Part shown: piece by piece, positions 1 through 8,898 of the stretch
Layout of the letters: each line of letters starts with the position of its first letter
How positions within the stretch are numbered: the first letter of the stretch is position 1
Source of the DNA: Candidatus Spyradosoma sp.
GTDB taxonomy: Bacteria; Verrucomicrobiota; Verrucomicrobiia; Opitutales; UBA953
DNA length: 64,000 bases
Direction: 5' to 3'
Assembly: GCA_051884495.1 (NCBI GenBank)
Contig: JBJEVQ010000009.1
Span: 20,919-84,918, forward strand
Position numbers and translations under genes: made by a program
Notes under the pieces: model-generated
Seen by the model: the letters and a program-made list of their open reading frames with translations, nothing else
What the model was told of the DNA's origin: nothing
Databases searched by the model: none

Positions 1-1442
1 TCGCGGAAAACTTCCGCTTCTACCTGCAGGGTTTTTCGGAAAACGTCATCGACATCATCCAAAAATTCAATTTCGACAACGAAATCACCAAGCTCGCCGA
101 CAACGGCATCCTCTTCAGCGTCATCGACGAATTCTGCACGAAAAAAGCCTACCTCGGCGCCGACGCCGTTTCCGCCGTGGACATGGGCTACGTCTTCGAA
201 GAGCTCGTCCGCAAATTCTCCGAGAGCTACGACGAACACGCGGGAGCGCATTTCACCGCCCGCGACATCATCTACATGATGGCGGAACTCCTCGTCGCGC
301 CGAACAAAGCCGAGCTCCGGAAAAACGGAATCACCGCCATGCTCTACGACATGGCGATGGGCACGAGCCAGATGCTCGACTGCCTCGCCGAAAAGCTCCT
401 CGAAATCGACCCCGAAGCCGACCTGCACTTCTTCGGGCAGGAGCTCAACGAACAGACCTTCGCCATCGCCAAGGCCAACATGCTCATCCGCGGCGAACAC
501 GCCGACAACATGAAGCACGGCAACACGCTTTCCGACGACAAGTTCGGCGGCTACCTCTTCGACTACGTCATCTCCAATCCGCCTTTCGGCATCGAATGGA
601 AAAACGAGAAAAAAGCCGTGGAGGCGGAAGCGCGCCAAGGCGACGCCGGACGTTTCGGCGCCGGGCTTCCCTCCGTCGGCGACAGTCAGCAGCTTTTCCT
701 GCTCAACGGCGTCGCCAAGCTCAAAGACTCCGGGCGCATGGCGATCATTCAGAACGGCTCTCCGCTCTTCAAGGGCGACGCCGGATCCGGCGAAAGCGAA
801 ATCCGCGGCTTTCTCCTCGAAAACGACTGGCTCGAGGCCGTCGTTCAGCTTCCGAACGACATGTTTTACAACACCGGAATCTCCACGTACATTTGGCTGG
901 TCTCCAAGAACAAGGCGCGGGAACGCCGAGGCAAAGTCCAACTCATCGACGCGAGCCGATGCTTCGAGAAACGCCGCAAGAGCCTCGGCAACAAGCGCAA
1001 CGAGTTCACGGAACGCTGCATCGCGCTCGTCGCGAAGGCCTACCTCGAATTCGCCGACGCCGCTTATTCCGAAGCCGGAAAGATCGTCGAAAGCAAAATC
1101 CGCGACAACGACGACTTCAAGTTCACCAAGATCACCGTCGAACGTCCGCTCCGCGACGAAAACGGCGCGCCCGTCTTCAAAAAAGGCAAACCTCAGATCG
1201 AGTCCGACACCGAGTCCGTGCCGTTCAAGGAGGACGTCGGCGCCTACATGCGGAAAAACGTCCTTCCCTACGCGCCCGACGCAAGGATCAATCCCAAGAA
1301 GACCAAAATCGGCTACGAAATCCCCTTTACCCGCGAATTCTACAAATACGTGCCGCCGCGCCCGAGCGCCGAAATCTTCGAGGAGCTCAGACGTCTCGGG
1401 GCGCAGGAAGCGGAGCTCATGAAAAAAATCCTCGGGAAATGA
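1..1442 (+). CDS. hsdM: Type I restriction-modification DNA methyltransferase subunit HsdM (5' end lies outside the window)
   Basis: The frame is open from the window edge (frame 3) to the TGA at 1442. It carries YDMAMGTSQML (SAM motif I-like) and SNPPFGIEW (N6-adenine MTase motif IV). hsdS and hsdR lie in the same operon. Confidence 0.9.
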   Translation, partial: AENFRFYLQGFSENVIDIIQKFNFDNEITKLADNGILFSVIDEFCTKKAYLGADAVSAVDMGYVFEELVRKFSESYDEHAGAHFTARDIIYMMAELLVAPNKAELRKNGITAMLYDMAMGTSQMLDCLAEKLLEIDPEADLHFFGQELNEQTFAIAKANMLIRGEHADNMKHGNTLSDDKFGGYLFDYVISNPPFGIEWKNEKKAVEAEARQGDAGRFGAGLPSVGDSQQLFLLNGVAKLKDSGRMAIIQNGSPLFKGDAGSGESEIRGFLLENDWLEAVVQLPNDMFYNTGISTYIWLVSKNKARERRGKVQLIDASRCFEKRRKSLGNKRNEFTERCIALVAKAYLEFADAAYSEAGKIVESKIRDNDDFKFTKITVERPLRDENGAPVFKKGKPQIESDTESVPFKEDVGAYMRKNVLPYAPDARINPKKTKIGYEIPFTREFYKYVPPRPSAEIFEELRRLGAQEAELMKKILGK

Positions 1443-1464
1443 CGCCCGCCGCCCCTTTATTTCG

Positions 1465-1500
1465 GTTTACAAATTCGATAGTTTTTGATTTTTTGTAAAC
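1465..1500. promoter_or_regulatory. AT-rich perfect 9-bp inverted repeat GTTTACAAA-N18-TTTGTAAAC abutting the XRE gene start; candidate operator
   Basis: The arms lie at 1465-1473 and 1492-1500 and end immediately before the ATG at 1501. This is the only AT-rich patch between hsdM and the XRE/ImmA gene. No binding data exist. Confidence 0.35.
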
Positions 1501-2553
1501 ATGCAACCCGCCACCGACATCTTCCCCGTCCGTTTCCGACAGGCGCGCGAAATCGCCCGACGTTCCCTGCGCGAACTCGCCTCGGAGCTCCACGTCTCTC
1601 ACACGCTCCTCAACCGCTACGAGACCGGCGCCGCGAAGCCGGTCGCGTCCATGCTGCTGAAAATCGCTGACGCGCTCGGAGTCGCCCCGGACTTCTTCTT
1701 CCGAAGAGAACAGCCGGCGCTGCAGGAAATCCGCTTCCGCAAAAAATCCGCCCTCGGCGCGCGCGAGAAGCGCTCCATCGAAGAACGCGCCAAGGATTTC
1801 TTTTCCCGTTATCTCGAAATCGAGCAGATCGCCGCGCACGAAACGCCGCCGTTCCCGCGCTTCGAGGCTTCGCGGGAACGCTCGCCCGAAGCTTGGGCTC
1901 AGCGCCTGCGCGAGGACTGGCAGCTCGGAGACGATCCGATTCCCAACCTGCAGCAGCTTCTCGAAAACAAGGGCGTCAAAATTTTTGAAATCGACACCGA
2001 CAACGAAAAATTCGACGGCTTTTCCGCCGTCTGCGGCGACGCCGCCTTTCTCGTGATCGCCTCCTGGCTCAAAAAAGACCTCCCGCGAAAACGCATGACG
2101 CTCGCCCACGAGCTTGGTCACCTGCTCGTCGCCCAGGACGCGTCTTTCTCCGAGGAGGAGCACGAAGCCTTCGCGGATGCCTTCGCCTCGGCCTTCCTCA
2201 TGCCTCGGGACACTTTCTCCAAAATGTTCGGCTGGCGACGTTCCCGCGTTTCGCTCTCGGAGCTGCTTCCCGTCAAAGCCTATTTCGGCGTTTCGATCGC
2301 GGCGCTCATGTACCGCGCACGCGTGCTCGAGCTCATTTCCGAGTCGTCTTTCCGGCATTTCTGCATTGTCCGCAACAAATGGGGCTGGCGCAAAAAAGAA
2401 CCGGACTGCTATCGCGGCGAAGAAAGCTCTTCCCGCTTCGAACGGCTCGTGAAAAAAAGCGTCCAGGAAGCCGAAATCTCCGAGTCCAAGGGAGCCGCGC
2501 TTCTTGGCGTTCCCCTCGCGAAACTGAGAAAGGATCTCGCGAATGCCGTCTGA
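1501..2553 (+). CDS. XRE-family HTH fused to an ImmA/IrrE-type zinc metallopeptidase (COG2856-like)
   Basis: The N-terminal HTH-like segment is LRELASELHVSHTLLNRYETG. The C-terminal half carries the HEXXH motif LAHELGHLL. Length is 350 aa. Confidence 0.8.
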   Translation: MQPATDIFPVRFRQAREIARRSLRELASELHVSHTLLNRYETGAAKPVASMLLKIADALGVAPDFFFRREQPALQEIRFRKKSALGAREKRSIEERAKDFFSRYLEIEQIAAHETPPFPRFEASRERSPEAWAQRLREDWQLGDDPIPNLQQLLENKGVKIFEIDTDNEKFDGFSAVCGDAAFLVIASWLKKDLPRKRMTLAHELGHLLVAQDASFSEEEHEAFADAFASAFLMPRDTFSKMFGWRRSRVSLSELLPVKAYFGVSIAALMYRARVLELISESSFRHFCIVRNKWGWRKKEPDCYRGEESSSRFERLVKKSVQEAEISESKGAALLGVPLAKLRKDLANAV

Positions 2554-3064
2554 CGAAGACAGCACGTTCTTCATCCACGACGCCTGTCTGCTGATCGATC
2601 TCTGCGCGGGCGGTCTGCTCCCCGCATGGTTCGAGTCCGGGCGCCGCTTCGCCACGACGACGCTCGTCGTCGCCGAAGTGAAGGCGTCCGCGCAAAAAAA
2701 GGCGCTCGCCTCCTTCATCCGCGCGGGAACGCTCGTCGCCGAAGATCCGGAATTCGAAAAATTGCTGCTCGCCGACGGATGGGCGAAAACCCGCCGAGTC
2801 AGCCTCGCCGACGCCTCCGTCGCGCTGCTCGCGCGGGAACGCGGAGGAATTCTGCTTTCCGGAGACGACCGGCTGCGGAAACGCGCAAAGGAAGACGGCG
2901 TCGAAGTGCGCGGTCTCTTTTGGATTCTGGACACGCTCGTCGGAGAAGCCCGAATCTCGGAAAACGCCGCAGTCGGCGCGTTGGACGCGATTCTCGCCGC
3001 GGGAGCCCGGCTTCCGAAGAACGAATGCGAAACCCGCCTCAAGAAATGGAGGACGCAGAAATGA
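2543..3064 (+). CDS. PIN-domain (VapC-like) predicted nuclease
   Basis: The ATG overlaps the upstream gene by 11 nt. Acidic residues are spaced as in PIN folds (FIHDACLLIDL, VVAEV, LADASV, LLSGDDRL). The call rests on motif memory only. Confidence 0.55.
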   Translation: MPSDEDSTFFIHDACLLIDLCAGGLLPAWFESGRRFATTTLVVAEVKASAQKKALASFIRAGTLVAEDPEFEKLLLADGWAKTRRVSLADASVALLARERGGILLSGDDRLRKRAKEDGVEVRGLFWILDTLVGEARISENAAVGALDAILAAGARLPKNECETRLKKWRTQK

Positions 3065-4275
3065 CGCGGCCCGCACGAAAAATGAAGCCTTCCGGAATCC
3101 CGTGGATCGGAGACGTTCCCGCGGACTGGGAAAGTCGGCGCTTCAGACGCGCGGGACGATTCGTCAAAGGGAAATTGCCTTCGAACGACAACTCGAACGC
3201 GGAAGGCCTGCCGATCATCGGAGCTTCCGAAATGAACGGAAAGCCGCCGAGAACGTTCACGACGGACAGCTCTTGCCCGCAGTGCGAAAAGGACGACGTT
3301 CTGATCTTGTGGGACGGCGCGAATGCCGGATTCGTCGCGCAGGGATTCGCGGGAACGCTTTCGTCCACGGTCGTGAAATACCGCTGTGAGATTCCGGAAA
3401 CATGCCCGCGCTACGTTTTCTACCTTCTGAAATATTTTGAAACTTATTTCAGAAACAAGGTGAACGGAACGACGATTCCGCACATGAATCCGGCGTTCAT
3501 CGACGATTGCGCGCTTCTGCTTCCCCCGACGGAAACGCAAAAGAAAATCGCGGAATTTCTGGACGAAAAGTGCGCGGAAATCGATGCCCTGATCGCGGTG
3601 GAGGAAAAGATGATTGCGGAGCTGAAAAGCTACAAACAGTCCGTCATTACGGAAGCCGTCACGCGCGGCGTCCCTGCCGCCGCGAACGCCTCACGCCCCC
3701 TCAAAGACTCCGGCATTCCCTGGCTCGGCTTCGTTCCCGCCCATTGGGAAATCCTCCCATTAAAACGCTTGTGTAAAATGAATGCAGGAGAGAATTTAAC
3801 CTCGCTTGAGATTGAGAAAGAGGGAGAATTTCCTGTATATGGAGGAAACGGACTTCGTGGTTTTTATAAGAAATATAATTGTTCGGGCGAGTATATCCTT
3901 GTAGGCCGTCAAGGCGCGCTAGCTGGAAATATTCACAGGGTTTGCGGATCTTTTTGGGCAACAGATCACGCTCTCATAACACGTTGCTCGGGGCTGACTA
4001 ATATTCCATACCTTTCATATTTGCTGGAGGCAATGAATCTGAATCAGTATGCATTGCAAACAGCCGCGCAACCAGGATTGTCTGTAGGCTTGGTTCAGTC
4101 GTTGTTCACAACTGTCCCACCTCTTTCGGAGCAACAAGAAATCGTCGTCTTTCTCGATTCAAAAACCAAAAAAGTCGATTCTATGATTTCTCTCAAACAA
4201 GAGAAAATCACCTCTTTGCGAAATTACAAAAAATCCATTATTTTTGAGCATGTCTCCGGAAAGAAAGAAGTTTAA
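3061..4275 (+). CDS. hsdS: Type I R-M specificity subunit HsdS (start chosen at the ATGA overlap with the upstream stop)
   Basis: Two target-recognition halves each open with IPW(I/L)G.VPA.WE. They are separated by, and followed by, conserved helices (KMIAELKSYKQSVITEAVTRG; KITSLRNYKKSIIFEHVSG). The gene sits between hsdM and hsdR. Confidence 0.85.
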   Translation: MTRPARKMKPSGIPWIGDVPADWESRRFRRAGRFVKGKLPSNDNSNAEGLPIIGASEMNGKPPRTFTTDSSCPQCEKDDVLILWDGANAGFVAQGFAGTLSSTVVKYRCEIPETCPRYVFYLLKYFETYFRNKVNGTTIPHMNPAFIDDCALLLPPTETQKKIAEFLDEKCAEIDALIAVEEKMIAELKSYKQSVITEAVTRGVPAAANASRPLKDSGIPWLGFVPAHWEILPLKRLCKMNAGENLTSLEIEKEGEFPVYGGNGLRGFYKKYNCSGEYILVGRQGALAGNIHRVCGSFWATDHALITRCSGLTNIPYLSYLLEAMNLNQYALQTAAQPGLSVGLVQSLFTTVPPLSEQQEIVVFLDSKTKKVDSMISLKQEKITSLRNYKKSIIFEHVSGKKEV

Positions 4276-5690
4276 TTTATGACAGAGGATACCAAAAATA
4301 AGATTTTAAGCACTATTGAAAAAATCAGAAATCTTGATATTCAGAAGTGCCTTTCTCGAAATCTGCCTCCCAGTCAATCATTGGAAGACAGGAAAATCTG
4401 GGTTTTCAGCGGTGTCACGATTATTCCCGTAATCGAACGGGCGATGAAACAAATGGAGGCGTTTTTAAATGGAGACGAATATCCTGTTCATCTTAATACG
4501 AGTTTGGATTTTAGCCAAACTCCCATTGAAGCTTCGTTTTCCGCTTTATTATCTGCACTTGAAGCCGGAAATCATACTCGCCTCGGTCCATATCTACAGG
4601 CGATAATTAACTATGAAATCTTTCACGGAATTTGGGATCGAGGACGTGTAAATCTATTTTCTGTTGATGAGATAAACCTTGCGAACAAGAAATCTGAGTT
4701 AGAATCTTTGTTCTCCAAATTAAGTGAGGCTAAGGGTGCCTTTGAAAATCGCCTTAAACAACTTGACAATGAGCTTTTAGAAAAAAAGAATGCTCTTGAT
4801 ACAATTTCCGCTAACAAGACAAATTCGTCTAACGAGTTATCCCAAATCCGAGGGATAATTGCTGACGCGAACAAGGAAATTCAAAAGCAAAAGAATGATT
4901 TTACATATCTTTACGCGCAAGTAGAACAAAAAGAAAAGGATTTGACTAATTTTTTAATAGCGTCAAAAACGGCGCAAGAAATGGTTGAAAACCAAATTAA
5001 ATCCGCTCAAGAATCCATTGGGATATTAAAGGCGAATATTGATGAAGTTGAAAAACATAAATCGGAATTTGAAGGGTATAAAAAAGAAGCTGCGGAACAG
5101 GTTGCCTTAATCGCGAGCGCTGGATTGTCTGGATCATTTAAGCGTCGAGCTAACCGAATAGGGATTAACGTCATCGTTTGGTTCGTAGCAATTATTGCGG
5201 GTCTGATTGCTTCGGGCTATTGGTTGTGGTTTGCATTTACGCTTCTTCCCAATTTCATCGGAAATGGAATCGCAATAGATCTGACCTCCACATTGCTTTT
5301 CGTCGCGACATCCTTTGCGAAAATCTTTCCTGTCTATCTTGGAATGTCATTCATTTTTAATCAGTATACAAGGGAGCGTAAAACACAAGAGGCATACGAG
5401 TTCAAGGCTGCTGTCTCCGCGACCATCAAATCGTATTCAGATCAATTAGTCGCTCAAAGATATGCTCTTACAATCAACGACTTCTCAAATAATGGGAAAC
5501 CTGATACTGCCGCATGGGAAAAATATGTCGTTGAGCGCGACAAATATCGACGAGAGCTTATTCAAACCACTGTTTTAGGTCTCTACAAAGACATTGATAT
5601 AGAGGAAAAGCAATCTATGCCGTCTAATGGGAAAAACCTGAATATGAACGCGCTGAAGCAGGTCGCGGAAATCATAAAAAATCTGAAGTC
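3775..5690. other. Low-GC compositional island (about 35-40% GC against about 68% in the flanks) covering the second half of hsdS and the next gene
   Basis: A hand count of 3781-3840 gives 23/60 G+C, whereas 3661-3720 is above 70%. Composition returns to high GC exactly at the hsdR start near 5691. Confidence 0.75.
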
Positions 5691-5694
5691 GTGA
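4279..5694 (+). CDS. Hypothetical coiled-coil protein with two transmembrane helices (family not recognised)
   Basis: This is a 471-aa ORF. Its ATG lies 4 nt after the hsdS stop and its stop overlaps the hsdR GTG. A heptad-rich K/E/Q/L region spans about aa 133-275. Hydrophobic helices occur at about aa 296-360 (INVIVWFVAIIAGLIASGYWLWFAF; LTSTLLFVATSFAKIFPVYLGMSFIF). Confidence 0.6.
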   Translation: MTEDTKNKILSTIEKIRNLDIQKCLSRNLPPSQSLEDRKIWVFSGVTIIPVIERAMKQMEAFLNGDEYPVHLNTSLDFSQTPIEASFSALLSALEAGNHTRLGPYLQAIINYEIFHGIWDRGRVNLFSVDEINLANKKSELESLFSKLSEAKGAFENRLKQLDNELLEKKNALDTISANKTNSSNELSQIRGIIADANKEIQKQKNDFTYLYAQVEQKEKDLTNFLIASKTAQEMVENQIKSAQESIGILKANIDEVEKHKSEFEGYKKEAAEQVALIASAGLSGSFKRRANRIGINVIVWFVAIIAGLIASGYWLWFAFTLLPNFIGNGIAIDLTSTLLFVATSFAKIFPVYLGMSFIFNQYTRERKTQEAYEFKAAVSATIKSYSDQLVAQRYALTINDFSNNGKPDTAAWEKYVVERDKYRRELIQTTVLGLYKDIDIEEKQSMPSNGKNLNMNALKQVAEIIKNLKS

Positions 5695-8600
5695 CGTACA
5701 TGGATACTACGGAAAAGCGGTTTGAGAGCGACATTGAGGCGTTTCTGCTGAGCGAGGCGGGCGGCTACGCCAAGGGCTGCCGGGAAACTTACGACAAGGC
5801 GCGCGCGATCGACATGTCGGTGATGCAGGCGTTCATCGGGAAGACGCAGCCGAAGGCGTGGGCGCGTTTCTGCCGGGTTTACGGGAACGACGCGGAGGCG
5901 CAGCTCTACAAGACGTTTCAGCGCAACGTGGACGAGCACGGCCTGATTCACGTGCTGCGCAACGGCGTGAAGGACCGCGGGATCGCGCTGCGTTTCTGCT
6001 ATTTCGCGCCCGCGTCGGATCTGAACGCGGAGCTGGTCGAAAAATACGAGGCGAACATTCTGACGGAGCGTCGGCAGTTCCATTATTCGACGAGCAACGA
6101 AAATTCGATCGATATGGTGCTTTCACTGAACGGTGTTCCCGTGGTCGCGCTCGAACTGAAGAATCAGCTCAAGGGGCAATCGACGGCGGATTCGATGCGG
6201 CAATACCGGGAAGACCGCGACCCGCGGGAGCTGATCTTCAATTTCAACAAGCGCGTTCTCGTCTGCTTCGGGGCGGACTTGCGCGACGTGGTGATGACGA
6301 CCCGGCTCGACGGGGCGCGGACGCGCTTTCTGCCGTTCAACCAGGGGAGCAACGGAGCCGGGAACGTGGGCGACGGCGGGAATCCGGAAAATCCGGACGG
6401 CTATCCGACGGCGTATCTGTGGGAACGCGTGCTGCGGCGCGAAAATCTGCTGGCGCTGCTGCAGCATTACGTTTCGCTGCAGACGACGGAGACGCTCGCG
6501 CTCGAGAACGGACGGCAGGTCAAGAAGGCTTCGACGAAGCTGATCTTCCCGCGCTATCATCAGCTGGACGTCGTGGAAAAGCTGGTCGCGGACACGCGGG
6601 AACGCGGCGCGGGCAGGAACTATCTGATCCAGCATTCGGCGGGGAGCGGAAAATCGAACTCGATCGCGTGGCTGACGTATCGGCTCGCGTCGCTGCACGA
6701 CGCGTCGCGGGAGAGCGTTTTCCGGACGGTGTTCGTCGTGACGGACAGGCGCGTTCTGAACGCGCAGCTGCGGGAGACGATTCTGAGCTTCGAGCACAGC
6801 GCCGGTCAGATCGAGACGGTGACGGACAAGGACAATTCCTCCAAGCTCCGTGACGCGATCAACGACGGGAAGCGGATCGTCATCACGACGCTTCACCGCT
6901 TTCCGCTCGTCTATAGGGAAATCGACGCGCACGCGGGGAAGAACTTCGCGGTCATCGTCGACGAGGCGCACAGCTCCCAGACGGGCAAGAGCGCGCAGAA
7001 GCTGAAGACGGCGCTCGCGGACACGGAAAGCGCGCTGAAGGAATGGGCGGAGCTCGAGGGCAAGGAGGAAGCGGCGCTCAAGGACGAAATGGACGTGCTC
7101 TCGGAAACGCTGCTTTCGCAGGGGCAGCACGCGAATCTTTCGTTCTACGCGTTCACGGCGACGCCGAAGCCGAAGACGCTGGAGATTTTCGGCGAGAAGC
7201 GCGGGGACGGCTCTTTCGACGCGTTCCACCATTACTCGATGCGGCAGGCGATCGACGAAGGCTTCATCGAGGACGTGCTGAGGTTTTACACGACTTACGA
7301 GACGTCCTACGAAATCGGCAAAATCAGCGAAGACAATCCCGAATACGAGGAGCCGCCGGCGACGAAGGCGATCAGGGCCTATCACGACGGGCACGGTTTC
7401 GTGATCGATCAGAAGGCGGCGATCATGACGGAGAAGTTCCGCGAGATCACGCTGAACAGGATCGGCGGCAGGGCGAAGGCGATGATCGTGTCCCCGTCGC
7501 GCGCGCACGCGGTCCGGTATTTTTTCGCGATAAAGAAATACTGCGCCGAGCGCGGTTATGTGGACGTGAGGCCGCTCGTCGCGTTTTCGGGAAAAGTGAA
7601 ATACGACGGCAGGGAATGGACGGAGCCGGAGCTGAACTCCGCGGGAACGCTGAGGATTTCCGAAGCGCAGCTGCCGCTGTATTTCGGAAGCGAGATGTTC
7701 AACCTGCTGATCGTCGCGGAAAAATACCAGACGGGCTTCGACGAGCCGTTGCTGCACACGATGTTCGTGGACAAGAAGCTGTCCGGCGTGAAGGCTGTTC
7801 AGACGCTCTCCCGGCTGAATCGGCAGTGCCCGGGCAAAATCGACACTTACGTCTTCGATTTCGCGAACTCGAACGAGGACATCGCCCGCGCGTTCAAGCC
7901 GTTTTACGAGGACACGTTTTTGGAAAAGGCGATCGACGTGAACGACGTGTACACGTTTTGGGCGGAGCTGGAAAAAATGCGTCTCTGGTCGCGGGAGGAC
8001 GAAGACAAAGTCTATGCCGTCTATTCCGCCGCCGAACAGAGTCGGACCGCTCTGGGAAAAATCTCGAGCGCGCTCGTTCCCGCGACTTCCGCCTATAATC
8101 GGCTCTCGGAGGAAAACAGGTTCAAGGCGCGCGCGCTGATCAAGAATTTCTGCCGCTTTTATGCCTACGTCACGCAGATCGTGCGCACGTTCGACGCGGA
8201 GCTCCACAAGAGCTACATTTTCGCGGAAATCTTTTATCGCTTTCTGCCGAAAAGCGCTCACGAGAAGGTCGTTCTCGGCGACAAGATCGCGCTCGTCAGC
8301 AACAAGCTGACGGAAACGTTCAGCGGCGCGATCGCGCTCGCGCCGGAAAAGGCGGACAAGACGTTCCCGCCGGAGGCTCCGCGGAGAAAGCCCGCGAAGC
8401 CGACGCGGACTTTCGACACGCTCAAGAACATCATCGACAAGATCAATCTGATGTATCAGGGCGATTTTTCGGAGGCGGACCGCGTCATCGTCGAAGAGAT
8501 ATTCGATCGGCTGCAGGCGCGCCAGAAGCAGCTTTCGAAGCTCGCGAAGGCTTCGACTCCGGAGATGTTCGCGAAGAATCTTTTCCCGGCGGAATTCAAC

Positions 8601-8753
8601 AAGGTGGCGAACGAGTGCTACAATCGACGAATGGACGCTTTCGCCAAGCTTTTTGAAAACGCGGATTTTTACAGGCACGTGATGGCGGAGATGGGCGCGG
8701 CGCTCTACGCCGACCTGCGCAACCGGCGAGAAGACGCGAAGCGGAAGGAGTGA
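5691..8753 (+). CDS. hsdR: Type I restriction enzyme R subunit HsdR (an alternative ATG start lies at 5700)
   Basis: 1020 aa with SF2 helicase motifs QHSAGSGKS (Walker A) and VDEAHSSQ (DEAH box). The N-terminal region looks nuclease-like. It is the last gene of the hsd operon. Confidence 0.9.
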   Translation: MTYMDTTEKRFESDIEAFLLSEAGGYAKGCRETYDKARAIDMSVMQAFIGKTQPKAWARFCRVYGNDAEAQLYKTFQRNVDEHGLIHVLRNGVKDRGIALRFCYFAPASDLNAELVEKYEANILTERRQFHYSTSNENSIDMVLSLNGVPVVALELKNQLKGQSTADSMRQYREDRDPRELIFNFNKRVLVCFGADLRDVVMTTRLDGARTRFLPFNQGSNGAGNVGDGGNPENPDGYPTAYLWERVLRRENLLALLQHYVSLQTTETLALENGRQVKKASTKLIFPRYHQLDVVEKLVADTRERGAGRNYLIQHSAGSGKSNSIAWLTYRLASLHDASRESVFRTVFVVTDRRVLNAQLRETILSFEHSAGQIETVTDKDNSSKLRDAINDGKRIVITTLHRFPLVYREIDAHAGKNFAVIVDEAHSSQTGKSAQKLKTALADTESALKEWAELEGKEEAALKDEMDVLSETLLSQGQHANLSFYAFTATPKPKTLEIFGEKRGDGSFDAFHHYSMRQAIDEGFIEDVLRFYTTYETSYEIGKISEDNPEYEEPPATKAIRAYHDGHGFVIDQKAAIMTEKFREITLNRIGGRAKAMIVSPSRAHAVRYFFAIKKYCAERGYVDVRPLVAFSGKVKYDGREWTEPELNSAGTLRISEAQLPLYFGSEMFNLLIVAEKYQTGFDEPLLHTMFVDKKLSGVKAVQTLSRLNRQCPGKIDTYVFDFANSNEDIARAFKPFYEDTFLEKAIDVNDVYTFWAELEKMRLWSREDEDKVYAVYSAAEQSRTALGKISSALVPATSAYNRLSEENRFKARALIKNFCRFYAYVTQIVRTFDAELHKSYIFAEIFYRFLPKSAHEKVVLGDKIALVSNKLTETFSGAIALAPEKADKTFPPEAPRRKPAKPTRTFDTLKNIIDKINLMYQGDFSEADRVIVEEIFDRLQARQKQLSKLAKASTPEMFAKNLFPAEFNKVANECYNRRMDAFAKLFENADFYRHVMAEMGAALYADLRNRREDAKRKE

Positions 8754-8898
8754 CGCGGCACCGGGTTTCACGTTCCCGGGAACGGCGTGCCTTCGCGTTC
8801 CCGCGCGCCTTTGCGCTTGCGCCCGCGGGCGCGGCGGCGGAAACTTGGAGACTTTCCACGGCGAACAACATCATTCACGACAACGTAATTAAAATCAC

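Noticed and set aside
6123-8771. An 882-aa minus-strand ORF opposite hsdR; similar cases are 28985..31273 (opposite nrdD) and 49795..52611 (opposite uvrA)
   Set aside because: All are antisense to genes with strong motif support. Their composition is arginine-rich and low in complexity.
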